DNA from: a virus
Taxonomy: Duplodnaviria > Heunggongvirae > Uroviricota > Caudoviricetes
DNA length: 59,558 bases
IMG/VR virus record: IMGVR_UViG_3300035498_000944
Reading direction: 5' to 3' (one strand)
Shown here: positions 1 through 8,479 of the stretch, piece by piece
Layout of the letters: the number at the start of each line of letters is the position of its first letter
Position numbering within the stretch: the first letter of the stretch is position 1
Notes under the pieces: generated by a model
What the model was told of the DNA's origin: nothing
The model's database searches: none
The model's input: only the letters and a program-made list of their open reading frames with translations
Translations under genes and position numbers: made by a program

Positions 1-2532
1 AACACCATAACATTTGGAACAATACTTATCTTTACATGTTAATGGAGATCTTATTGTGATCTTCTTACTATGATCAGCTTCAAGTTCCTCTGATATTCTA
101 ACTGCCTCTTTAGCTGTGATGAGCCTATCAGTTCCAGCCTCATATCTACCAAGAATATATTCTTCAATCATATCCTTAACTTTTTCTTCAGCACCTCTTG
201 GTTCAGCAAAAGCATAAAGCATATCATAGGAAATATCAATACCTTCAGTAGTTCCACAATCATCACTTACGATTGTAGCATCTGCAGTAGTATGAACCAT
301 ACGTCTTGTAGCATCACCAGTATCAGCAGGCTTTCGTGTTTTATCAATAAGTGACTTACGTGTACCATAAGCTGTTACAAACTGTTCAAGGTCAGAAAGC
401 TGAGATATAAAGCAAGACGTAAGAACTGTATTGAAAGCTTCAGTAGCTGACTTAGCGATACGACCCTTATAAGAAAATATCTGCCTAAGGGAGTCATTAT
501 CGCCTCTTGCACCACAAAGCACAAGCTGTACAAAACCATTATCTGTACCTACTTCATTAACTATATTATCCTTAACAACTTTCTCAATTTTATCGAATTC
601 AGCCGTATAATTAGAGTTATATGTCTCCTTGTTATCAAAACCATTGTAGTAGTTTTCTCTGTAATGAGAAACCTTTTCATCAAAATTCTTGAAAGGATTC
701 ATAATATGTTCAGCTTTACTTTCGTCTAAGAAAATCTTCAATGTTGGAGGATACAATGTAGCAGCTGCATAGGCTAACTTAACGATTCTGTTCATAGATG
801 TACAAACAACCTCTCTAGGCTTAGCACAAAGAACTTGCATTATTTTCTCCATGTTGGATTTCTTGATGTCTACACACATATCTAACATATCTGCTGGAAA
901 ACAATATTCAATAAGCTGCCTGCCAAGAGTTTGTGTTTTATTGTTACATTTAACAGTATCCCAAATCTTAACCTTTTGATTAAGAAATGAATCCACCATC
1001 TCTTCTTCACTTCTGAAAGAATAACTATTTCCTTCTTTATCATAATCACTTCTACTTATAACCCACAAACCATAGAGAATCTCTTGCTTTGGTTTTATAG
1101 TAATACCACCTGAGGCAGGGACATACATATTTGCATAAAGTGTCATAAGCTGTTCTACTTCTGTGCAAGCAGCATCATGAAGTGGTACATGTACAGCCAT
1201 CTGGTCACCATCATGGTCAGCATTGAAACCATCGTTAGCAAGTGGATGCACACCAATAGCATTTGATTTAGATGGTACAGGTCTATAGCCTCTCCAACTC
1301 AGCTTGTGAAGTGTAGGTGCACGATTTATAGCTACATAAACATTTTCACAAGCTTCTTTAAGACTCTTATAATTATCTACCTTAATATCTGTATGATAAA
1401 ACATCATCTCTTTAAGCATATCCTCAGGTACGGAAACTTGATCAACTTCAAGTGTGGGATCAGCTATAATGACTGAACGACCAGAGAAGTCCTGAACCTT
1501 AGAGAGCATTTTACCTCTGATATGACCCTTCTTAGTAGCAATATATTCTGTAAGAGATTTACGTTTAGCAGCTTTCTCATCTGCACCAACCAGCTTACGC
1601 TTAGTAGTCTTATCTGCAGATAACAGAAGCATAATAGCTGTTTGAAGTTGTCTATACTTATCAGCAAATGTACGAGGAACAAGATTCCTGTTAATCTGAC
1701 TGAGAACTTTGTTAGCTCTAATGACATTGTTATATAACAATGTCATAGGATCATTTCGACCATCTATCTTAGGACGCATGCCTCTAGGTATTATACGAAT
1801 CTTATCTGTATATACAGCTCTTAAAGCATCAACATCTACCTTAAAGAGACAAGCCAGCGGATTATCTGGATTATGCATATACACTTTCTTTATATAGTCT
1901 GGTATATCTTCTGCAGGAGCAGTCTGTTTAGTAACCGGAAGTAATAATGTATAATTATAATTCCATAACAGATTGCCATTACCTGCAGGAACATACTCAA
2001 CTATCACTGCACTTCCATAATTAGATTTAGTGTAATAAGCTTCCTCTATGATCGTAGTTAGCTCCTCAATTATACGAGCATTTATATCAAGATTATCAAT
2101 CAAATGCTTAAGTATTTGACCACCAAATAAATAATCTTTACCTGACTCTGCATCACTCTTAAGAACGAACGTATTAGTGCTAGCATCGAATAACAAATTA
2201 CCTGAAAGTATATCACCCATATCTTTGCTAGATAAGTTTCTATATAGTCCATCACGATGTATTTTCAATACTTTATTTATAATAGGTGAATTACCACTGG
2301 TTAAGACAGTGTTTATAACTGGTATGCACAACTGAGTATAACTACGCATTTTATCTACCAGTATAGCTCTATCTTCAGCATTGGCTGCTGTACCAAATGC
2401 ATCATCACCCATAGTGCCTTTTGGATTATAAGCCTTATTACGTTCACCAGCCAAAGAAGATTCAGCCTCTGTTACCATAGCGGTACTATCTTCGTCAAAT
2501 CTGGTGAAACGTTTCATTTTTACATAGGCCAT
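1..2532 (-). CDS. rpoC: RNA polymerase beta-prime subunit, divergent (runs off the left edge; 844 codons visible; absent from the ORF track)
   Basis: Manual translation from ATG at 2532 (GGGAGG RBS at 2541-2546): SKVQDFSGRSVI, INRAPTLH, HPLANDGFNADHDGDQMAVHVP, GARGD, bridge-helix-like YGTRKSLIDKTRKPADTGDATRR, and RSPLTC..CSKCYG. Confidence 0.95.
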   Translation of the reverse strand, partial: MAYVKMKRFTRFDEDSTAMVTEAESSLAGERNKAYNPKGTMGDDAFGTAANAEDRAILVDKMRSYTQLCIPVINTVLTSGNSPIINKVLKIHRDGLYRNLSSKDMGDILSGNLLFDASTNTFVLKSDAESGKDYLFGGQILKHLIDNLDINARIIEELTTIIEEAYYTKSNYGSAVIVEYVPAGNGNLLWNYNYTLLLPVTKQTAPAEDIPDYIKKVYMHNPDNPLACLFKVDVDALRAVYTDKIRIIPRGMRPKIDGRNDPMTLLYNNVIRANKVLSQINRNLVPRTFADKYRQLQTAIMLLLSADKTTKRKLVGADEKAAKRKSLTEYIATKKGHIRGKMLSKVQDFSGRSVIIADPTLEVDQVSVPEDMLKEMMFYHTDIKVDNYKSLKEACENVYVAINRAPTLHKLSWRGYRPVPSKSNAIGVHPLANDGFNADHDGDQMAVHVPLHDAACTEVEQLMTLYANMYVPASGGITIKPKQEILYGLWVISRSDYDKEGNSYSFRSEEEMVDSFLNQKVKIWDTVKCNNKTQTLGRQLIEYCFPADMLDMCVDIKKSNMEKIMQVLCAKPREVVCTSMNRIVKLAYAAATLYPPTLKIFLDESKAEHIMNPFKNFDEKVSHYRENYYNGFDNKETYNSNYTAEFDKIEKVVKDNIVNEVGTDNGFVQLVLCGARGDNDSLRQIFSYKGRIAKSATEAFNTVLTSCFISQLSDLEQFVTAYGTRKSLIDKTRKPADTGDATRRMVHTTADATIVSDDCGTTEGIDISYDMLYAFAEPRGAEEKVKDMIEEYILGRYEAGTDRLITAKEAVRISEELEADHSKKITIRSPLTCKDKYCSKCYGV

Positions 2533-2546
2533 ATAGTATACCTCCC

Positions 2547-3518
2547 TTATACATATTCATGCAAAACTTGTGCTATAGCCTCTGAAGCTTTATCTGTAAA
2601 ACCATAATCAAAGTGTAAGTGATCGATAGTTTCTTTCTTGTTAGCAGATATGAACATATTTTTAAATAATATGTACTGCAGTCTAGAAAGACCCTTAGTA
2701 TCACCCTGTCTTCTGTACATATTGTATGGAGGCAAGGTTACCAACTTCTCTACAAAAGCCTTATGCATAGGCTCGACAGCTTTTGTTACAAACTTAGAGC
2801 ATCTATCGTATAACATGTCAAATATAGCATCAACTTCATAAATGACTTCATGCTTTGTTGACTCAGCTGACTTATAAAGATAGCTATCAAACAACTTCTT
2901 ATAGTTTTCGAATGATAAGCCATTATGTATCTTATGCCTAATTGTATGATCATCAACATACATTATGTTTACATATTTTACTAAACTATGATCAGACATA
3001 ACAGGTATTAATGACTGGTCTGTAAAAGCGTTATGATTATCCTTCGCAGATACAATACCCCTGCCAGTATGTATACGAAGTATCAACTGCGTACTTGCAG
3101 TCATGTGAAACAAGTAGTTGTGTGTCAATGGTTTTAATAAGTTATTAGGTAATGTATTACTAGTTAATGTGTCTGTTGTAACATCACCAAAAGAAAGTTC
3201 AGTCAGTGTATCTATATTATTCTCCAAAGGGAAAAATACAACATCCTGCAAATGATTTATTATTTCAAATAAACTTTCATGACATTTAAATATAACACCA
3301 GCACTCTGACGCTTTAAACCACTACCACTAACAATCCTAAATCCTGCAACCTTTGCTACTGGTAATTCACCATCTAGTATAAGTTTCCTGTAAATTTCAT
3401 AGATGGTTCTCACTTCTTCTTTAGAAAAAGTTGGATTTAGGTGCCACCCTGTTTCATCCATATAGCTATTTTGCAATAAATTCAAATCTATACCTTTAGA
3501 TTCAAATAAATTTTCCAT
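2547..3518 (-). CDS. rpoA: RNA polymerase alpha-like subunit, highly divergent
   Basis: Collinear similarity to the alpha NTD: IYRKLILDGELP ~ ALRRILLSSMP; ESLFEIINHLQDV ~ EDILEILLNLKGL; LRIHTGRGIVSA ~ IKVQRGRGYVPA; IPVMSDHSLVKYV ~ LLVDACYSPVERI. Length (323 aa) fits, and it lies between beta and beta-prime. Confidence 0.72.
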   Translation of the reverse strand: MENLFESKGIDLNLLQNSYMDETGWHLNPTFSKEEVRTIYEIYRKLILDGELPVAKVAGFRIVSGSGLKRQSAGVIFKCHESLFEIINHLQDVVFFPLENNIDTLTELSFGDVTTDTLTSNTLPNNLLKPLTHNYLFHMTASTQLILRIHTGRGIVSAKDNHNAFTDQSLIPVMSDHSLVKYVNIMYVDDHTIRHKIHNGLSFENYKKLFDSYLYKSAESTKHEVIYEVDAIFDMLYDRCSKFVTKAVEPMHKAFVEKLVTLPPYNMYRRQGDTKGLSRLQYILFKNMFISANKKETIDHLHFDYGFTDKASEAIAQVLHEYV

Positions 3519-3531
3519 AGGTCAATTCCTC

Positions 3532-4167
3532 CTACTTAATTACATTATAAACAATTAAGCCAAGTCCTACGACAATACTGCCATAGGCTACAATCTTTTC
3601 AACGAATCCATCATATTTGATATCTGCCACATTTATATGGCTAGAAGAAAAAGGCCAAAATAACATACATCCTTTACCATATAACAAATCTGCTATTATA
3701 TGCATAGAGTATCCTACAAACACTCCATACATGATAGCATCTACATATGCATTAAACATGTAACTAAAATGCTTCCATGTAAAGAACGCTGCTATAGGAA
3801 TAACAGCCGAATGTGTAGGACCTCTATGTGGAAGTCCTGCTAATACAATGCCTATTAACATAGCAATAATAGCTATTACTGTTATTAACAACATAGTATC
3901 AGACAGAGATCCCATAAAGTAATAATAGATTATATCAGCAATGATGGTAACTGCTGCGGCTACTTTAGCCCATTTTCCTCCGGTACGTACCTTTTTACCA
4001 GCTTTACTATTTACCTGATCTAAGTCAGGCAAATAGCTAGCTATTATAGCAGGAACAACTGATAGGCCAGCTGTTAAATACGGATTCAAACCTGCTATAG
4101 GTGATAACAATAAAGATGTGGTTACAGCCGTTGAAGCTCCAACCATTGCATGATAATTTCCTCTCAA
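3532..4167 (-). CDS. YdjM-family membrane-bound metal-dependent hydrolase
   Basis: Motifs N-terminal H, LPDLD, HRGPTHS, HIIAD, G..LFWPF; several transmembrane segments. Confidence 0.88.
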   Translation of the reverse strand: MRGNYHAMVGASTAVTTSLLLSPIAGLNPYLTAGLSVVPAIIASYLPDLDQVNSKAGKKVRTGGKWAKVAAAVTIIADIIYYYFMGSLSDTMLLITVIAIIAMLIGIVLAGLPHRGPTHSAVIPIAAFFTWKHFSYMFNAYVDAIMYGVFVGYSMHIIADLLYGKGCMLFWPFSSSHINVADIKYDGFVEKIVAYGSIVVGLGLIVYNVIK

Positions 4168-4181
4168 ATTTTTACCTCCAA

Positions 4182-7100
4182 TCAGTCATCAAAATCATCT
4201 GGTATATCATCAAAGAAATCCAAATCAACTCCTGAACTCTTTATCTGATTTGCTAATCGAAGTATGGATTCTTTATCTAAGCAAGTACCTACTCCTGACT
4301 TCTCAAGGTAACCACCCATAGCCTCCAGCAAATACTGGAATTGTTCAGTAGCAGTATTAGATGTTGTGTTATAGTCGACATCGTACAAATAATTACCGCT
4401 ACCATAACTTATTGCTTCTTTCATCTTCTTACGTATATCAACATTATCACTCTTATCGTTTAGACACTCCATAAGAACTTCTGAAGCCCCATGGGAAGCT
4501 AAAGCCCAAATCTCCATTTCACCAACAGTCTGACCACCCTTTACAGAGCCACCGCTTTTTGGTTGTTTGGAGATCTGTGTATAGGAGCTATCGATTATAC
4601 CTTTACGTTCATTACGCTTATGGTCAACTTCATGTTCAAGTTTCAGATAATACACACACCCTATCATAACAGGAGACTCTGTAAGCTCACCTGTTCTGTT
4701 GTTGATGAGATATGCAGTACCATCTGGTAAGAAACAATCTTTCCACTCCTGTAAGTAGTCAAATCTGTTTCTTGCAGCATCCTTGATGATATCTGGATAG
4801 TCATACTGAGATAAAATCCTTTCTGGATCTGCATCGTCAGTATTACAAATTTTCCAGCAAAATTCAACAAGGTCTTTGATCTCAGATGTAGCTGCACCAT
4901 TAAAGGAATTAGATCTGATCTCCAAATCCAAAAGATAGCAAACAAATCCAAGCTGAGCCTCAAGAAGCTGTCCAGGGTTCATACGAGAACCAATACCACA
5001 AGGATTCTGAAGAACGTCTATTATTTCACCATTCTTAAATGATGGCATAGTACTACTTGGTTCAATTCTTGAAACAACACCCTTATTACCATGGCGACCT
5101 GCCATCTTATCACCCTGATGAAGTTCCTCAATATCTAACAGTTTAACTGTTATAGTTAATTTATCGTCCTCTGAACTAGGAGTTTTGTAGACACTCTGTA
5201 CAATACCAGACTTACCAAGTTTTGCCTTTATGGACTTTGTTTCAGAAATCTTTCTTGAGGTTATCTGCAAAATCTCTGTACCTGCAGATGCATAAGATTC
5301 GTTATGAATCTTCTCTCTGTATTCCCAGTTATTAAATGTGTTATTAGGCAACACAGACTCCAATTTGTTAACAATAGGAGAACAGAAATCACAAGCTGCT
5401 TTCTGACTTAATACAATTGAATCATCATAGTTCCAACCATACCAAGGCATATATGCTATAAGTACATTTCTTCCTGGACTATACATGCCATTTCTTGATA
5501 ATATGCTGTCAGCTATAATATCACCCTTCTTAAATGTACCACCTTTTTTCAAACGAGTATCCATAACTATAAGAGATGAACCGAAGTTATGACTTCTTGT
5601 AAATCCTATTGTTTTCTCAGTACCATCATTGTACTGTACCCTAACATATTCTTCTGGGAGATCATCAATGACCTTACCACCTTCCTCGGCTTTTACAATG
5701 TAGTCCGCCTTATTTACAAGATCTTTATACATGTTAGTATAAACACGTGGTTTCTGAGATCTCAAAATAGGAACTGACTGTCTTAACATTGATGCTGCGA
5801 ATGTAAGTCTTGGACCATCATCTGAACCAACAAAAGGAATAAGTGCTACATTCAATGAAAGTAACTGATCTTCATAAACACTTACATAGTCAAGTTCTGA
5901 TAACATAATAGACTCTACTGACATAGCTTCTTCTGTTCTTGATCTTACTGCTGGAACTCTAGCCATAATCGGAGTTTCTACAATAGGAGAATCAAATACT
6001 GGAACCGTAGGATCTTCATGCTGTAAATCCAATATACATCCTATCTTAAACTTATGTTCTTCTTTAGGTGATAAATACTTTATTTCACGTGAAATATAAT
6101 ATTTACCACCCTTCTTTATTATCGGATGATATGGTGCTAATGGTATGCCATCCTCAAGCTTACAACGTAAGGCTAAAGAATTAACAAGACCAATCTTACT
6201 ACCCTGTGGCGTATCGAATGGACAAATCCTACCATAATGTGCCATAAGTATAGAACGCATTGTCATAGGAGCCTCTTGTGACTTTACTAATGAAGCAACA
6301 ACTCTACTACCATAAATAAGAGATGATGGGTTCTGATAATTAGGAAGAGCTGTTATAGAATCTGTAAATAAATCACTATACAAATTCTTATTAATCCACC
6401 AAAAATCTTTATCAGCATTGTTGTTGAGTAAAATCTTTTGTTTGAAGTTACTACCTGAGTTGTTAATATTAGAACACTTTCTATCAATCTTTTTTCTTAA
6501 GGATTCTGATATACTTGCTCCAAAAGTATTTATAACCTTCTGAAAATCTATATCTCTTTTATATGCTTTATAGACATCAGGCATTTCAAAAAGTCCTAAT
6601 AAATGAGATATTAGACAATGTAAGTCTTCCAGTGTCAATGTTTTAGAATTTACAGAAGATGAATTTCTAATTACTTCCTTATAAAATTTTACCTCTAATG
6701 GTGTACCCTTCTTAGAAGAAGAGATCTTTATAGAGGGTAAATGAAGTGAATAATAGAACTCTGTATCTTCAGATGTCAACTTAGTATCATCTGCAACCAA
6801 AGTAACACTAAAAGGTTCCTTCACGTATCCCATACCATACAAATCTGGATTAAGACTTAACAATTTAGGTGTGACTTTTGTACCTGCTGGAATTGTAACT
6901 TTCAACTTTGAATAAGCAGCATACAAGTTAGAAATATCCGGCTTGTAGCGAATATATAACTTGTCTGATGTAATAGTTGGAATGTTATCTTTGGTGAGTA
7001 CTGTTCCTGCAGTTAAACCATCAACATCTTTAGCTAACACACAACCATCCAATTTATCAAATGAGAAATACTCATTAAGTGATGCACGTGCCCTACCAAG

Positions 7101-7817
7101 TTGTAAAGATGTTAAATCCAAGTACTGAAACATAGGTTCTATTGGTCTAATGATTGTTTGCACCAAACGATTCTTTATATCTGATGATGCCATTCTGAGC
7201 ATTCTCAAACTTGGATAAGTTGTTGTAACATACTCAAAGGCACTGTCTGTTGACATATCATCCTTAGATAATTCACCAGATAAAACTCCTATGTATACAG
7301 CAAAAACTGCAAGAGAAACTGACTTACCAATTCCTTTAAAATTAATTGTAAAATTGTTAGATGTATTGACAAAGTTTAATGAATTGTCTTTAGTCTTTAA
7401 CTGATATTCAACAATTCCATTCTTCTTAGGTGTCTCAGACAAATCATCCATTTTTGTCAGTACATTACGAAAGACACGCTCTTGACCTTCAATTCTGAAG
7501 ATGCCTCTGTTGTCCTTTTTAGGTATAGTGAAAGCTGTATAACTTCTAGACACTTCACCCATATCTGAGTTGTAAGAAAAGTTTATTACCACGGAATAAT
7601 AATCCAATTCTACAGATGTTACTAAATCATAACTAAAGCTGGTAAATTGCTTACCTAACAATTCCTGAAGTTTATTTATAAAGTACTGAGCGTCATCTCT
7701 ATATCCATACCTTATATAGTCCTCATAGCTTGAATCCAAATGGCCCAATAAGTCAAGCTCATCTTCACGAATGTCTTGCTTCTTCATGATTACTTCGTTA
7801 CCTTTTACGACAATCAT
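4182..7817 (-). CDS. rpoB: RNA polymerase beta subunit, divergent, unsplit
   Basis: IEGQERV, HYGRICPFDTPQG, AYMPWYGWNYDDSI, GDKMAGRHGNKG, SRMNPGQLLE, YLKLEH, GGQTVGEMEIWAL, KSDNV. Confidence 0.96.
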   Translation of the reverse strand: MIVVKGNEVIMKKQDIREDELDLLGHLDSSYEDYIRYGYRDDAQYFINKLQELLGKQFTSFSYDLVTSVELDYYSVVINFSYNSDMGEVSRSYTAFTIPKKDNRGIFRIEGQERVFRNVLTKMDDLSETPKKNGIVEYQLKTKDNSLNFVNTSNNFTINFKGIGKSVSLAVFAVYIGVLSGELSKDDMSTDSAFEYVTTTYPSLRMLRMASSDIKNRLVQTIIRPIEPMFQYLDLTSLQLGRARASLNEYFSFDKLDGCVLAKDVDGLTAGTVLTKDNIPTITSDKLYIRYKPDISNLYAAYSKLKVTIPAGTKVTPKLLSLNPDLYGMGYVKEPFSVTLVADDTKLTSEDTEFYYSLHLPSIKISSSKKGTPLEVKFYKEVIRNSSSVNSKTLTLEDLHCLISHLLGLFEMPDVYKAYKRDIDFQKVINTFGASISESLRKKIDRKCSNINNSGSNFKQKILLNNNADKDFWWINKNLYSDLFTDSITALPNYQNPSSLIYGSRVVASLVKSQEAPMTMRSILMAHYGRICPFDTPQGSKIGLVNSLALRCKLEDGIPLAPYHPIIKKGGKYYISREIKYLSPKEEHKFKIGCILDLQHEDPTVPVFDSPIVETPIMARVPAVRSRTEEAMSVESIMLSELDYVSVYEDQLLSLNVALIPFVGSDDGPRLTFAASMLRQSVPILRSQKPRVYTNMYKDLVNKADYIVKAEEGGKVIDDLPEEYVRVQYNDGTEKTIGFTRSHNFGSSLIVMDTRLKKGGTFKKGDIIADSILSRNGMYSPGRNVLIAYMPWYGWNYDDSIVLSQKAACDFCSPIVNKLESVLPNNTFNNWEYREKIHNESYASAGTEILQITSRKISETKSIKAKLGKSGIVQSVYKTPSSEDDKLTITVKLLDIEELHQGDKMAGRHGNKGVVSRIEPSSTMPSFKNGEIIDVLQNPCGIGSRMNPGQLLEAQLGFVCYLLDLEIRSNSFNGAATSEIKDLVEFCWKICNTDDADPERILSQYDYPDIIKDAARNRFDYLQEWKDCFLPDGTAYLINNRTGELTESPVMIGCVYYLKLEHEVDHKRNERKGIIDSSYTQISKQPKSGGSVKGGQTVGEMEIWALASHGASEVLMECLNDKSDNVDIRKKMKEAISYGSGNYLYDVDYNTTSNTATEQFQYLLEAMGGYLEKSGVGTCLDKESILRLANQIKSSGVDLDFFDDIPDDFDD

Positions 7818-7836
7818 CGTGCTCCCTCCTAGGTGA

Positions 7837-7950
7837 TTATAATAAATTGTATTCCATTAAGTACATCAATGTGGATGTACTTAGAATGGAGAATATAGAA
7901 AGCGCTAAAATCCCAATATAAGCTATTGAAGAGAATATTGCTTTAATCAT
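7837..7950 (-). CDS. Small hydrophobic peptide (37 aa, MIKAIFSSIAYIGILALSIFSILSTSTLMYLMEYNLL) directly upstream of rpoB
   Basis: AAGGAGG RBS just upstream of ATG 7950, open frame to TAA 7837, one TM-like stretch; below the ORF-track length cutoff. Confidence 0.55.
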   Translation of the reverse strand: MIKAIFSSIAYIGILALSIFSILSTSTLMYLMEYNLL

Positions 7951-7977
7951 GCTTGCACCTCCTTATAACCTGAACAA

Positions 7978-8001
7978 AGGGGAACACTTAAGTATTCCCC
8001 T
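7978..8001 (-). terminator. GC-rich hairpin with TTAAGT at the apex (terminator-like, weak U-tract)
   Basis: Minus strand AGGGGAATAC-TTAA-GTGTTCCCCT then TTGTT, just after the stop of 8014..8391. Confidence 0.65.
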
Positions 8002-8013
8002 ATGTAGTAAATT

Positions 8014-8391
8014 TTAGTCATCTGCCAAGTAATTTTCAATAGAAAAGCTATTACCCACTGTAGCAAGTGCTGGAAATGTCAACTGATAGGCAGTATCTCT
8101 ATCCCCATTAATAGCCAATACAGTATTGTCGGAAAGCATGATAAAACCATAAAGTGAATCTGAGTACTCTGATGCAATAACTTTAGCAATAGCACCAAAG
8201 TAACTTTTACAAGATTCCCTAGACAGGGTAAGCTCCTCAAAGCTAGCACCTCTCAAGAACTCTGACATCATGACCCATTCTTCAACCTCACCAAGATCAT
8301 TCTCTGCTGTTACTGAAGTGTCAGTACACTGAAATATATCAGTAGCTGTACCACTCTCATCAATGCAAAAACCAACTATAAAATCATTCAT
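8014..8391 (-). CDS. Hypothetical acidic protein
   Basis: 125-aa ORF with AAGGAGG RBS, flanked by the promoter motif and a hairpin. Confidence 0.75.
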   Translation of the reverse strand: MNDFIVGFCIDESGTATDIFQCTDTSVTAENDLGEVEEWVMMSEFLRGASFEELTLSRESCKSYFGAIAKVIASEYSDSLYGFIMLSDNTVLAINGDRDTAYQLTFPALATVGNSFSIENYLADD

Positions 8392-8427
8392 TTCGTTTAC
8401 CTCCTTAGGTATATATTCTTTATTGTT

Positions 8428-8465
8428 TCATTATATATGGATATGGAACTTCTTATTTTTCTGAG
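8428..8465 (-). promoter_or_regulatory. Putative element-specific promoter, copy 1
   Basis: Minus strand CTCAG-AAAAATAAGAAGTTCCATA-TCCATATATAATGA; same geometry at 34091 and 54683. Confidence 0.75.
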
Positions 8466-8479
8466 ATTTAAAAACTTTT

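Noticed and set aside
1464-1897. Track ORFs 1464..1727 (-) and 1709..1897 (+)
   Set aside because: Alternate-frame and antisense shadows of the rpoC gene that the track missed.
1-7817. Ordinary chromosomal rpoBC locus
   Set aside because: No rplKAJL, rpsL or nusG context, alpha inserted between beta and beta-prime, extreme divergence, and neighbours typical of mobile elements.
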